Source: Isurus oxyrinchus (lineage: Eukaryota). From it: 64,000 nt of DNA. Positions 36,395 to 50,339 of this stretch are shown here, piece after piece. Both the position numbers and the translations under genes were made by a program. The notes below the pieces were generated by a model. The model was not told the DNA's origin. It did not search any database and was given only the letters and a program-made list of their open reading frames with translations. Every line of letters begins with the position of its first letter. Position 1 is the stretch's first letter. Location: contig JANJGN010000005.1 of NCBI GenBank assembly GCA_026770705.1, positions 44,082,001 to 44,146,000 of the forward strand, read 5' to 3'.

Positions 36395-38365
36395 AAACAT
36401 GGAAACTAGGAGCAGTAGGCCATTCGGAGCTTTGAGCCTGCTCCACTATTCATTATGATCATGGCTGATTATCCAACTCAATAGCCTGCTCCCGCTTTTT
36501 CCCCATACCCTTTGATCCCTTTCACCCCAAGAGCTACATCTAACTCCTTTTTGAAAACATACAATATTTTGGTCTCAACTACTTTCTATGGTGACGAATT
36601 CCACAGGCTCACCACTCTCTGGATGAAGAAATTTCTCCTCATCTCAGTCCTAAATGGTCTACCCCATATCCTCAGACTGTGACCCCTGGTTCTGGACACC
36701 CCCACCATCGGGAACGTCCTTCCTACATCTACCCTGTCTAGTCCTGTTAGAATTTTATAGGTTTCTATGAGATCCCCCCTCATTCTTCTGAACTCCAGCG
36801 AATATAATCCTAATCGACTCAATCTCTCCTCATAGGTCCATCCCGCCATCCCAGGAATCAATCAGGTAAACCTTCGCTGCACTCCCTCTATAGCAAGTAC
36901 ATCCTTCCTCAGATAAGGAGATCAAAACTGCATGCGATATGGCAGGTGTGGTCTCACCAAGGCCCTGTATAATTGCAGCAAGACATCCCTATTCCTGTAC
37001 TCGAATCCTCTGGCTATGAAGGCCAACATATCATTTGCCTTCTTTACTGCCTGCTGCACCTGCATGCTTACCTTCACCAACTGGTGTACAAGGACAACCA
37101 GGTCTCGGTGCACATTCCCCTCTCTCAATTTATAGCCATTCAGATAATAATCTGCCTTCCTGTTTTTGCTACCAAAATGGATAACCTCACATTTATCCAC
37201 ATTACACTGCATCTGCCATGCATTTGCCCACTCACTCAGCTTGTCCAAATCACACTGAAGCATGTCTGCATCCTCCTCACAGCTCACCCTCCCACCCAGC
37301 TTTGTGTCTTCTACAAATTTGGAGATGTTACATTTAATTCCCTCATCTAAATCATTAATATATATTGTGAATAACTGGGGTCCCAACACCAATCCCTGCG
37401 ATACCCCACTGCCTGCCATTTGGAAAAAGACCCATTTATTCCTACTCTTTGTTCCTGTCTGCCAACCAGTTTTCTATCCAACTCAGTATACTACCCCCAA
37501 CCCATGCGCTTTAATTTTACACATCAATCTCTTATGTGGGACTTTGTCTAAAGCCTTCTGAAAGTCCAAATAAACCACATTCACTGGCTCCCCCTCATCA
37601 ACTCTACTAGTTACATCCTCAAAAAATTCCAGTAGATTTGTCAAGCATGATTTCCCTTTCATAAATCCATGCTGACTCTGTCTGATTCTGCCACTGTTTT
37701 CCACTTGCTCAGCTATTAAATCTTTTATAATGGACTCTAGAATTTTCCCCACTACCGATGGCAGGCTGACTGGTATATAATTCCCTGTTTCCTCTCTGCC
37801 TCCCTTTTTAAATAGAGGGGTTACATTAGCTACCCTCCAATCTGTAGGAACTGTTCCAGAGTCTATAGAATCTTGGACGATCGCCACCAATGCATCCACT
37901 ATTTCTAGGGCCACTTCCTTAAGTACTCTGGGATGCAGATTATCAGGCCCTGGGGATTTATCGGCCTTCAATCCCATCAATTTCCTGAACACCATTTCCC
38001 TACTAATACTGATTTCTTTCAGTTCCTCCCTCACTAGACCCTGTGTTTCCCAACATTTCTGGTATATTATTTGTGTCCTCCTTTGTGAAGACAGTATGTA
38101 CTTAATTGGTCAGCCATTTCTTTGTTCCCCATTATAAATTCCCCAGTTTCTGACTGTAAGGGACCTACATTGCCTTCACCAAACTTTTTCTCTTCACGTA
38201 CCTATAGAAACTTTTATAGTCAGTTTTTATGTTTCCTGCAAGCTTACTCTCATACTCTATTTTCCCCTTCTTAATCAATCCCTTGGTCCTCCTTTGCTGA
38301 ATTCTAAACTGCTCCCAATCCTCAGGTCTGTTGTTTTTTCTGGCCAATTTGTATGCCTCTTCCTT
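36395..38365 (-). mobile_element. Relatively young CR1 LINE, ~2 kb of RT domain and 3' UTR
   Basis: ORFs 37483..38034 (KSPGPDNLHPRVLKE...QHGFMKGKSCLTNL...YLDFQKA), 36922..37419 and 36586..36861. Confidence 0.95.
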
Positions 38366-38404
38366 GTAGCTGATACTACGACTGAATGACTGCCTGAGGT
38401 CAAA

Positions 38405-39900
38405 ACAACACCAACCTGTACTTATATAGCATTTATAGCATTGTAAAATGTCCTAAGGCTCGTACAGGAATGTTATCAAACAAAATTTGAGAACAAGCCA
38501 CAAAAGGAAATATTAGGGCAGATGAAGGTGTGAGTTTTAAGGAGCACTTTAAAGGAGGAAAGACAGATAGAGAGGCGGAGAGATTTAAGAAAGGAATTGC
38601 AGAGCTTAAGGCCTTGGCATCTGAAGGCCCAGCCGCCAATGATGGGCTGATTCAATTCAGGTATATGCGCAAGAGGCCTTTTTTGGAGGAATGCAGATAG
38701 ATTTAGTAAAGGGGAGATGGTTCTGTGGTGATAATATCACTGAACTGGTAATTCAGAGGCTCAGGCTAATGCCCTGGGGATATGGTTCAAATCCCACCAA
38801 GTGTTGGTGAAATTTAAATTCAATTAATAAAAAAAAAATCTGGAATTATAAAGCTAGCCTCAATAATGACAAAACTCTGAAACCATGGTGAACCATGAAA
38901 GTATCATAGATTGTTGTAAAAAAAACCCATCTGGTTCACTAATGCCCTTTAGGGAAGGAAATCTGTGATCCTTGCCTGGTCTGGCCTGTATGTGACTCCA
39001 GACCTACAGTAATGTGGTTAACTCTTAACTGCCCTCTGAAATAGCCTAGCAAGCCACTCATTTCAAGGGCAATTAGGGATGGGCAACAAATGCCAGCCTT
39101 GCCCACATCCCATGAAAGAATTTAAAAATCTTACAGGGTTAAGAGAGATTACAGAGATTGGAAGGAGTGAGGGAATGGAGAGATTTCAAATTAAGGGTGA
39201 AAATTTTAAAATCAAGGTATTGTTTAACTGGGAGCCAGTAGATGTCCAACAATGGGTCTGACACAGGGGCACAGGGGTGATGGATGAACAGGATTTTGTG
39301 CAAGCTAAGACACAGGCAACAGAGCTTTGGATGACCACAGGTTTACAGATAGTGGAAATTTGGAGGGTAGCCAGGAATGTGTTGGAATAATAAGTCTATA
39401 GGTAACAAAGGCATGAATGAGTGTTTCAACAGCAGATGAGCTGATGCAGGGCTGGTACTGGGCAATGTTATGGAGGCTGGATGTAGGCTATCCTAATGAT
39501 CATGCAGATAAGTGGTCAGAAGCTTATTTTGGGGTCAAAAACAGCACCAAGCTTGCAAACAATCTGGTTCAGTCTCAGACAGATGTCAGAAAGAGAGTTG
39601 GAGTTAATGGCTAGGGAACAGAGTTAGTGACAGGTGATGAAGACAATGGGTTCGGGGGTTTGGAGGGCATTCCAGTATTTAGTTGGAAGAAATTTCTGCT
39701 GCTCTGGCACTGGATGTCAGAAAAACAGTCGGACAATGTGCAAACTGCTGCTGTGCTTTTGAATGATGTCATCATAGGGCAGGATATAGTTGAGAAATTG
39801 GAGGACCCAAGGATAGACACTGGGGGCAGCAGCAGAGATAGTATTGCAGGAGTGAGAAAAGAAGCCATTGCAGGTTGATTCTCTTGTTGACTCTCTGAAA
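38405..39900 (-). mobile_element. L2-clade LINE 3' part, interrupted by an HE1 SINE
   Basis: L2 tail (tatatagc...tttaaaggagg...ggaattgcagagcttaaggcc) with degraded RT upstream. Confidence 0.7.
38710..39125 (+). mobile_element. HE1-like SINE
   Basis: Head ggttcaaatcccacc, tail gggcaattagggatgggcaacaaatgcc. Confidence 0.85.
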
Positions 39901-40599
39901 TAAGTGAAACAGAGTAGGAAGGAATGAATGAAAGACAAAGAGCAGGGATGCATGACAGCCGGAGGGCAGGATTGAGTTAATAGCTTTAAGGTGCAATCGG
40001 AGAATGGTGAGTTAGGACAGGGTGAAAGGCAAAGAGCACAAGTGAGTGAAAGGCTGGAGGTAGGAATGAATGAGTGCCAACTATATCAACTGGCTATCCC
40101 TGTCATGCTACTGTATATACAGTATGCGCTCAGTCTACTTTCATATGCCCACCTGAGCCTACAAGCCATATCCATCTACTATTGGTTGAATTGTAAATCC
40201 TGGATGAGGAAAGAATTGTTGAATAGCTTATTGACCTTCACTGTCAAGCCTCATACATCAATAATCACCTCTTGGGTGGGGTATTGAAGGGTATTTCATC
40301 CTATTGGGATAATGCATCAAACTTCAGGAGAAGAATGGAGAGGAGAACCACAGTGAATACCGACAGAGTCATTCAAAATACATGCTGAGCTGGAATACTG
40401 AGTCTAATTTAATGAGGGAAAGGAGTTTGGATCGTCATGCATAAAGAGACCCAACTAAATTAACACTGGTTACTATTCCGACATTGCTAGTCTGCACCTC
40501 TGCCAAAATGTCATGCCAATCTCTCTGGCACAATTTCAGAATAGGTCTGGCAACAGGAGCCAAGGAAACATGGCACTTAGATAGATAGATGTTGTTGGC

Positions 40600-43500
40600 A
40601 TCCTTCCATCTGTGAGAGATGATGGACATGCAGCAAACAATCCATTTAGCTGGTGAGGTGCCATTATTTGGTGCATCTTTGATAATGGCTATGAAGGTCA
40701 ACTCTTGAGAGGCAAATTCTGCCACAATTGCTAAACATGCAGTTGCCATGCAATGTTGTGGGTTGTTGTTTTCAGTGTTGGCATCTCTTGCCAAGCTGTT
40801 GTAGTCACTGGTCATCATGGTGTGCCCTCCAGCCCACAGGACATGTCACCATTTTCCTCTTTCTCCAGCTAGTGTCTCCAAGTGCAATAATCAATGTTTA
40901 AGGCCTTCATGTAATCACAGAATCACACAATGCAGAAGAGGTCCTTCGGCTCATCGAGTCTGCACCGACACTTGTGAAACACCTGACCTACCTACCTACA
41001 TTATCCCATTTACCAGCACTTGGCCCTTAGCCTTGAATGTTATGACGTGCCAAGTGCTCATCAAGATGCCAACACCGAAAACAACAACCCACAACATTGC
41101 ACGGCAACTTCATGTTTAGCAATTGTGGCAGAATTTGCCTCTCAAGGGTTGACCTTCATAGCCATTACTTTTTAAAGGATGTGGGGCAACCCGCCTCCAC
41201 CACCCTTCCAGGCAGTGCATTCCAGACCATCACCACCCACTGGGTGAAAATGTTTTTCCTCACATCCCCCCTAAACCTCCTGCCCCTCACCTTGAACTTG
41301 TGTCCCCTCATGACTGAGCCTTCAACTAAGGGGAACAGCTGCTCCCTAATGCTTGCAAGTGACCTTGAAGTGGAGCTTTGGAAGCCCCACTGGTCATCTG
41401 GCTACGGCTACCTTAGGAGATCCTTGGATATGTGACTGTCTTCCATCCTGCAGACTTGCCTCATCTACCAAAGCCACCCCTGTTTGATTAGTGTCAACAC
41501 ACTTAGGAGCTTTGCCTTTGAGAGGACTGCTGCATTTGTGATTTTGTCCTGTCAGGATATACCGAGATGTGCCACAGACTGCAAAGATAGAAATTGTTAA
41601 ACTTTCTTTCCTAGTAGCTGTAAGTCGCCCATATCTCATATCCATACACGAAGGTGCTGTGAACACAGGTCCTATAAACCATCATCAACTTGTTCGTAAG
41701 GGTCAGCTTGGTGACCACGCGTGTTTCTCGAGTCAGCCAAAGGTGGCAGTTGCTTTCTCTGTGTGTGTATCAAGCTCAGCATCAGGGGACAAGTGTCAGC
41801 TACCTTGGACTCAAGGTAGCAGAATTCTGCTAACCACATCCAGCAGGGTTTTACTTGGTGCGATCAGGGGTGGAGATGCAACACCTTTCCCATGGCCACA
41901 GTTTTCTTGATGCTTATGGTCATGGAGAACAAGTTACAGAGCAGGAGAGACAGTCTTTATAGCTGAGTTATCATTTGGGCAACCAGTGCAGCATCATCAG
42001 TGCAGAGGAGATTCTTGATCAGGACACAATGTGTTTTTTGTCTTTGCTTTCAGCCTTGATAGATTGTAGAGCTTGTCGTCTGATCTAGTGCACAAGTAGA
42101 CTCCTTCCAAATCTGCAGGGAAGGCGTGGAGCATGAAGAAAAAGATCCAAACAAAGTGGGGACTAGAACATAGCCCTGTTCCACTCCATTCTTCATTCTG
42201 AAACTGTCGGACATGGAGCCATCAAACTTTACAGTGCAGTGCACATTGTCATGGAAGGAGCAGAAGAGGCAGAGGATCTTTGGTGGACAGCCAATTTTCC
42301 CCCGAGTCTTGCAGAGTCCTGCTCTGCTGAGGATGTTGAATGCCTTAGTGAGGCCTATGAAAGTAAGCTGGAGGTATACCCTGTTCCCTATGCTTTTCTT
42401 GCAGCTGGTGTATGGAGAAGATCATTTCTACAGTAGATCTGTCAGCACAGACACTGCACTCCAATTCCAGGTACACTTGGTCTGCAGGTAGATAGAGTCT
42501 TTTAAGTCTGATCTAGTGATGCTAAGGAGTAAGGTGCCCCTGTAGTTGTTGCAGTTTCCTCTGTCATCTTTGTTTTTTATAGTGTGACAACTTTGGCGAC
42601 AAGCATCCCCTGCGGAACAAAGCTTACCTTCCAGCAGAGACAGACCAGGTCATAAAGGTGTGACTATAGATAGGACTGCTTGAACAGCTCGGCTAGAATT
42701 CCATCCTTGCCAGGTGCCCTCCTGTTTGCTTGATGATCTACGGTCTTCTCGAGTTCAAGTGATGAGGGCTTCTCATCCATGGTGGAAAGCTTCCAGAAAG
42801 CATCAAGCATGGACAGGGAGATGTCTGACTCAGAGGAGTACTGTTTGGCCCAGCGGGATATCTGTTTACTCCTGTCGGTGAGTACTTCACTGTCTGTCAA
42901 TTTCAGGGGTGCAGGACCAAGCACCCTCTTGATCCCTTTGTACATAGCTGAAAGATTTCCTTGTCACACGCAGTATGGACATCTTGACTTAAATTGATCC
43001 AGTGTTTGTGCATTATCTTCCTGTCTTTTGCACAGCTGTCTTGGCTACTTTCAGGTTGTGCAGTGTTTTAGCCGTTGGGTTTATATTGTGCATCATGTAG
43101 GCTTTGTTTTCTGTATCCATGACAGATATCATTTCAGCTGAGTAGGTCTCAAATAAGTCCTTGTTGTGGGTTTCACCTCTATCAAATGATGCATCTGCTG
43201 CTTTATAGATGATTGAGCTCTGTGACTTCCACACTTCATCGATACCAGCATCAGCACTATCAAGCAAACCTTTGGTGGATAGCAATCATTCTAGCAACAG
43301 TGTGAAGTGCTGGTATTTGGCATCATTGCTTGTGCAAGAGATGTTGTTTGCAGCTGTGAAACTTTCAGGGTTGCAACTTCACTCTACTGCTGACAAGAGT
43401 GGTTGGTGTCACAATCTGAGCTGTGGTAAGTGGAGAACACTGGGCAGATCGCACCTTCGCGTGATGATCATGTCTCATTGGTGCCAATGTCTAGACCTTG

Positions 43501-44270
43501 AGTGTTGCAATGATACCCTGTGGTGATGTATGCCCTGGAAGAAGGCGTTGCTGACACACAGTTCATTCAGGGCACAAAGCTCAATAAGACGCTATCCATT
43601 ATCACTGATCTTGCCCACCACATGATGACCAAGGGATGTCGGCCGCAAATCACGATCTGCCCCAACACATGCACTGAAGTCACCCAGGGTAAATAGCCTC
43701 TTGCCATTTGGAATGCTGCTTGGAACATTACCTAGGGAGTCATAGAAATGCTCTTTGTCTGCAATGCTGGCATGCAGAGTTGGTGCGTAGGTGCATGTGG
43801 TGTTGACTGCACTCCATCAGATGACAGCTGCAGGGACATTGCATACTCCAAGGTTACTACTAGTGGCTCAGTTGACTGAGTCAGCCAATTGCTCACTACG
43901 AAGCCTACATCATGCTCATGATGGTCTTCAGTGCTCTTTCCATGCAATAGATTGTAACTAGCCTCACAAATAGAGCCTGTGTCAGCTAATCTGGTTTCTT
44001 GTCGAGTAGCAATGTCGACACCTTGTGTAGCTCATGGTCAATTAGGGCTCTCTTGTGTACAGTTGCTGTGAAGTGTGAATTCTTGTTCGTACCAGGGCAC
44101 CTGGTCCTCACATTCCAGCTTCCAAACCAAAAAGTTACCTTTCTTTGTTTGCTGTACAGCCTGGGCATGGTTTTAGGAGGTGTGGCTTGGCTAGCATCTG
44201 TATCCCCTTCTGAACCATGTAGGCTGGTATCCAGAGGAAAGACAAAAGCCTATCTGTCTGGGGTCTAGTC
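40600..44270 (-). mobile_element. Near-full-length degraded RTE-clade (BovB-like) LINE with a CR1 fragment inserted at ~40913-41348
   Basis: APE start FWFGSWNVRT; RAPGKDGILAELFK; CTVKFDGSMSDSF...GVEQGYVLVPTLF. Confidence 0.85.
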
Positions 44271-44294
44271 AGTTGCCGGAGAGAAGATGGATAG

Positions 44295-44600
44295 ATGGAT
44301 AGCACCTTCCATGACACTCCAAATTACTTAGCAGCAAATGAAGTACTTTTAAGATGTAGTCACTGTTGTAATGTAAGAAAGGTGACAACCAATTTGCGCT
44401 CAGCAAGCTCCCACACACAACATTGTGATAATGACCAGGTAATATGTTTTGTTATTGGTCATTGAGGGATAAATATTGGCCAGGATATCAGGGTTAATTC
44501 CTTTGCTGTTCTTAGAAATAGAGCCATGGGATCTTTTATGTTCACTCTGGAGAGCTGGCAGCATTTCAGTTAATTATCTCGTCTGGAAGACAGCACCTAG
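44295..44600 (-). mobile_element. SacSINE1/DeuSINE-like SINE
   Basis: gaagtactttt...gtagtcactgttgtaatgta...gagggataaatattggccagga...ccatgggatctttta. Confidence 0.75.
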
Positions 44601-45009
44601 AATCACAGAATGGTTACAGTACAGGATGAGGTCAATCAGCCTGTCATCACCATGCCAACTTTCTGCAAGAGCGAGCTGACTGGCTTCGAGTGCTCGGTTC
44701 ATCCTTACATCCTTTTTTGAACAAGGATGTAACATTTGCAATTCTCCAGTCCTCTGACACTACGCCAGTAACTAAGGAGGATTGGAAAATTACGGTCTCC
44801 GATAGTGCCGCATTCACTTAGTACTGCATTGGGCGTGTCAGCCTGGTTTTTTGCTTGCGTGAACTCAAGTAATCAGTACTTGATTCTTTATTAACTTCCC
44901 TGGAACGTCAGGTTTAATATCCTCTTACTCTACTGTGAAGACTGACACAAAATAGATAACCTACAAGTCTGCAATTTCCTTATTTTTATTGATAATATCA
45001 ATTCTCTTT

Positions 45010-47020
45010 GTATATAAAGGGTTCTTTTGCAGCAGTGGAAGCCAGTGCACCAAGAAGGTGCACAATTCACTGATCTCTGTTTTCTTTGGGCCCTCTTCTG
45101 GGCCAGCTAAGCTTTTCATTTCTGTTCACCTCTTTCAATGTCCTTCCAAACAGTTAGCCTCCAGAGGTCACAGCTGTTGGTGACTTTTTTCCCAGCTGTC
45201 AATATTAATGTCCACGATCTTCATACCTTGCTTGCAGGTGTCTTTGTAGAGAAGCTACAGAAGCCCAAAAGGATGTAACCCAGTGGCCAGTTCACAGTAC
45301 AGAAGATCTTTGAGGAGATGGCCATCATCCATCTGATGAATGTGGCTGAGCCAGTGCAAATGTTGTTGGCTTAGCAACGCGTGTAAGCTGATGGAATTGG
45401 CATGTTCCAGGATCTCTGAGTTGTTGACCTTGTCCTTCCAAGAGATGCCGAGGATACATCTGAGACAGCGAAGGTGGAAACTGTTCAGCCTTTTCTCCTA
45501 CCTGGTATATATTGTCCAGGTCGCACACTCTAAAGGAGTGTGCTGAGGACTCAGGCTTGGTAGACTCGCAGTTTGGTGTTCTCAGTCAGGTTGCTGTTGT
45601 TCCCATGCTCTCTTACTCAGCTTGGACATAACATCTGCAGTTTTTGCAATGCGCATGTTGATTTCAGCATCAAGTGACAAATTGCTAATGATTATAGAGC
45701 TTAGATATGTCAGGCAATCAACAACATCCAACGTCTCATTGTTATTGCTGATAGATGGTGATCTGGCAGCATTCTGGACCATGACATTTATGTTCCTGAT
45801 GCTGATGATCAACCAAACTCTTTACATGGATGAGAGATCCATTGTTGCTGAAGGTGTTCTGCAGTCTGGAACGCTAGTGTGGTATCATTAGCGTAAAGCA
45901 GCTCTCTGATGAGGAATTGGTGTTCCTTTGTCTTGGATCTCAGGCGAGCAAAACTGAACAGCTTTCTGTCAGTTCTGCTGTGTAAGTAGATGCCCTCTGT
46001 AAATGACCTAAAGGCATATTACAGCAGCAAAGAGAAGAATATGCCATCAAAGAGAGTGTCGGTGCCAAAACACAATCCTGTTTGGCCTCACTGCAGATCT
46101 CAAAGTATTCCTTTGTTGCCCCATCATAGCTGACCTTACCCATCCTGTTGTCACGGAAAGGGGATATCACATTGAGCAGCTTCGGCAGGCAGACAATTTT
46201 CTCTTAAATAGGCCACCTCTGCTCACATGTTTGAATGCCTCAATGAGATCGATGAAGGCAATATAAAGTGGTTTCTTTTGTTCATGGCATTTCTCTTACA
46301 GTTGCCAGACTGAGAAGATCATATCAATTGTAGATCTTCCAGTTCTGAACCCACACTGGGATTCAGGGTAGATGTGTTCAGCCAGGATCTTCAGTCTAAC
46401 GAGGGCAACACAGGTGAATATTTTCCTTTGATGCTCGAGGGGAGATGCCTCAATAGTTGTAATCATTGCGGTTGCCCTCGTTCTTGCACAGGGTCACAAT
46501 CTTTGCATCACACAAATCCTGGGGTACTACCTGCTTGCTCCAGCAGAGACAGAGAAATTTGTGCAGATGCTGCAGGAGTGCTGGTTTCCCTTCATTGATG
46601 AGATCAGGCAGTGTGACATCAGCACATGGAACTTTGCCTCTGGCAAGCGACTCAGTAGCTTTGCTAAGCTCCACCACAATGGGTTCAATATCCAACTCTG
46701 TCATGACAGGCAAGTTTTATTTGGTGTCTATAGCTTCCTTGGTGACAGTATTCTCCCTAGAGTACAACTCAAGGTAGTGTTCCCTGCATCTCTCCAACTG
46801 TTTATTCCAGCCTTTGTTTTCAATGGAGCCGTTTTCTTCGTCAATGAACCTGTTGCCTTTTTGATCCCTTCATGGCATTCCCTGTCTCGAAGGACATCTG
46901 GGAATTCTGAAAACCAGTAGTCATTGACGTATTACCTCGCAGTCTGTTGGGCTTTATGCAGCTCTTAGTGCATTCAGAGTCTTCTCGCTTGGATCTCTCG
47001 TAATTAATATGAGTGGACGT
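45010..47020 (-). mobile_element. Second degraded RTE (BovB-like) LINE
   Basis: VPQDLCDAKIVTLCKNEGNRNDYNY, KVSYDGATKEYFEI...KQDCVLAPTL, LDVVDCLTYLSS. Confidence 0.85.
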
Positions 47021-47950
47021 AGGGATACATATATTGGTCCTGAGTAAGCTAAATTTTTCTTTGACGATAAACAGAGATATTGGTCCCTCCTGCCCCTAAT
47101 TTTTTTTTAAATCTACACGCCCCCCCAAAAGTAATGTTCAGGCAGGAAATTTGTGTGAACTGCACTTTTGCAAGGCTATGCTAATGAGGAGCAGAAGGTT
47201 TTCGTGAGGGTTTTGCACAATCAGTGGGAGAGATCGAGCAAACTGGGAGGCAGCATAAAAACTGGCATGAGTTCCACTCAGATTTCTTCAATCATTTAAG
47301 TTTAAAATTGGCATGGCACAGTATTTAGGCCAATACTGTGACATGTTTCCAGGGCATTCCTGGCTGAAGACTGTTTCTAATAAGTGTTTTTATTCGGTGT
47401 GCATTTATTGCAGTGGTCAAAGTTGCACAGCAGAGGACAGCAGCAATGGTTCTGTGCTCAGCCTACAGGCCTTGTGTAATGCACTGGAACACAAACCCAG
47501 TGAACTGAGCAACAGAGTCAAACAGATTTTCCATAAATCTGACAGATGACAAAAAGCTGACCTTAAAGGGGCAATATCTGTCAGACTTGCTCTCTTACAA
47601 GGCAGATACCCCTACATACAATCCATATTCTGGAGCAAAAACAGCATCAGGAACTCAGATTTGCCAGATTTTACGATAACGAATGCACCCAACTCCCTCA
47701 CATTTGGTAGGATATATGGGAGATTTCAATCCTCTGCCCTTTTGCCTTGATCTCCTACAGGTCTGCATTGTGCTGGTAATTCCCAGAATAACTCATGCTT
47801 TCTCTCACTGATAAACAAGGGAAAATATGCGTTTGTCTGCTCTCATTTTTGCTTTGGTTCAAATATGTAAGGCTTTCGTGTATCTCATTCTTAATTCTAT
47901 ATCTACAACTCCATAAAACGGTTTGTAATTCTCTTTTCTATTGATTCTAA

Positions 47951-48641
47951 GTGCAGGACTTTGAGGTAGAAAGGCGGGTGAGGTAGGCGGGCCCGGGAGC
48001 GGCTGGGAAACAGCCTGCCACCTGCGATTGACCCCTGAACGCGATTTCACGCTGGCTGGCCAATTAATGACCAGCCAGCATGAAATGCGGGCAGAAAGGT
48101 TCAGCATTGCCACAGTGGGGGCGGGAGGAGGGCAAGTGCTGAAGTCAGCACAAACGGGGGGGAACGAGCAATGAAAGCTCCCTGATGGCAGAGAGCTGCA
48201 TCAGGGAGCTGAAGAATTTTAAACTCTTAAATAAAGATTTGGAAATGCAGGGAAAAATGTCCACACTCCAGACTCCCTCACATGAACATATGGGTTATAA
48301 AAATTCTGTCAAAATATTTTTATTTTTTAAAATTAATATCAGAAACCTCATCCCGCCCGTGGATGAGGTTTCTTCAAAACTCCAAAGGCTGCCTGGCCAA
48401 TTTGCCCGCCCGCCAACTGCACAGTTGGATGGGCAGTGAAAAATCGCACTTAATTAATACATTAATAGCCTTAATAGGCCTTTTGTCAGTGGACGCGCTG
48501 CAGACTCTTGCATGTGCCCACTGACCGAAATATTGCGCGGGTGCATGATAACAGTGCAACGGTCACCCGACTTCATCATGTGCTATTTTAAGCCCAATTG
48601 GGTTGGGGGTGTGCCCACCCACGGGAGGTAAAATTCTGCCC
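47951..48641. mobile_element. 691-bp PIF/Harbinger-type MITE
   Basis: Ends gtgcaggacttt / aaaattctgccc with a TAA target-site duplication on both sides; internal hairpin agaaacctcatcc...ggatgaggtttct. Confidence 0.85.
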
Positions 48642-49140
48642 TAAGTTTCTTCAGTCTTAACTCTTAATTGTTTTCTGACCCTGACAGTTACCATGGTTTA
48701 TTGGGACATTGAAAATATGAAGGCAATTTTGATTCTGTACAATAATTCCAAATGGGTGATAGAAAATCAGCAGCCAGTTTTACACCTCTCCCCATTTTAT
48801 TTATATTAAAGCCAGTGACTACTTTTACTGTTTCACACCATAGCATAAAGTCAAAATTACACCAAAAATCCTGTATTATTAATAGAGTTTTCACTGCCAG
48901 TCTTCATGCTGGGGATCCCTGCATCCATCTGAAACAGTTACTTTCTCTTGCTCCCTAACACATTATTCTCATGCGCAGGTGAACTGAGAAGAAAAATTCA
49001 GAGCTGGGGGAACAGAGAAGAAGTCTTTGAATCACTGTAACTGCCTTTGTGCTATTCATGAAATACCAGGGAATTTACTCTATCCCCATTGTTACCTTTC
49101 TGTTTCTTCCTTTGTCAATTCTGTGGTCTATTCTTTCTAT

Positions 49141-49169
49141 CTCTCCCTCTCTCTCTCTCTCTCTCTCTC
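49141..49169. repeat. (CT)n microsatellite
   Basis: ctctccctctctctctctctctctctctc. Confidence 0.9.
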
Positions 49170-49184
49170 AATCCATCCCCATCT

Positions 49185-49470
49185 CTCACATGTCAGTGGT
49201 AGCATTCTTGCCAACAACTTGCGCACAAAACCTAGGCTGAGGTAATACTGAGGGCGTGCTTTACTGTAGGGGGTGTCATCTTTTGGATGCAATTTTAAGC
49301 TGAGGTCCCATCTGCCCTCTTGAGTGGACGTTAAAGTTGGCACTATTCAAAGGAGAGCAGGGAGTCCTGGGCAGTACTTAACCCCCCCAAAAATTGAATA
49401 TCTGATTATTTATTTCATCAGTGCTTGTGGGAACTTGCTATGAGTGTAAAAATTGGCTGCCATGTTTCCT
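49185..49470 (+). mobile_element. SacSINE1/DeuSINE-like SINE
   Basis: gcacaaaacctaggctga...gtactga...catctgccctcttgagtggacgttaaag...aaattggctgccatgtttcct. Confidence 0.7.
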
Positions 49471-49474
49471 ATTG

Positions 49475-49910
49475 GGTTGATGAATATAGTGCAGCAGATG
49501 TATATACAGACTTTCAAAAGGCATTTGATAAAGTAACTCATAGCAGACTTATTCAGAAATTGACGTAAATGGTAACTTGGGCACATAATTGGTTAAGGTA
49601 TAGGAAACAGAGAGTAGTGGCGAGTGGATATTTTATGGACTGGAGAGAATTATACAGTGAGGTACCCCAGGAGTGGGTATTAGGACCATTTCTTTTCTTG
49701 TTTTAAATGTCAATAACCTGACTTGGGCATAAGGAGTACAATGTGGAATACAAAACTTAGCAATGTAGTAAATAGTGATCAGGAGAGGAGCAGACTTCAG
49801 AAGCATATAGATAAACTGACAGATGCAACTTATGTGGATAAGTATGAAATGGTGCTCTGAGAGGAGGAACAAAATGGAGAGGCAGTGTAATCTAAATAGC
49901 ATTATTTTGA
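49475..49910 (+). mobile_element. Old CR1 RT fragment
   Basis: VYTDFQKAFDKVTH and degraded VPQ..VLGP motifs. Confidence 0.7.
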
Positions 49911-50339
49911 GAGAATGGGAAAGGTTCTATATAAATTAAATTACTTTATTTGTGACAGGAGGATTCCCTGTCTTTCCCTCTCCTCATTTTCCCTGTATAT
50001 GTTTCTGGCTCCTCTAGCCTTTTCATTTGGCTTCTCTATCTGTGGCACCCACAATCTTTCAGATTCTCATCCTTGGCATTGTTTCCTTCTCACCAGCCAT
50101 CTCCACTTTGCCTCTGGCGTCAAGAACACCAACCCACTCTCACAATTCTCTACTTTCAGAATCATACTATCCACACATCTATGTACTTCAGTATTGAATT
50201 AAATGTAGCATCTTTAGTAGTGGAGTAGAAAGCAGCAAAGAGAGGAAAATTGGATGGGTTCCATTATGGGTATGTGAACGTCCATGCCCAATTTTCCTCT
50301 CCCAGCACAGTGCGGTGTAGGGGATGGCGGCATGTCACA

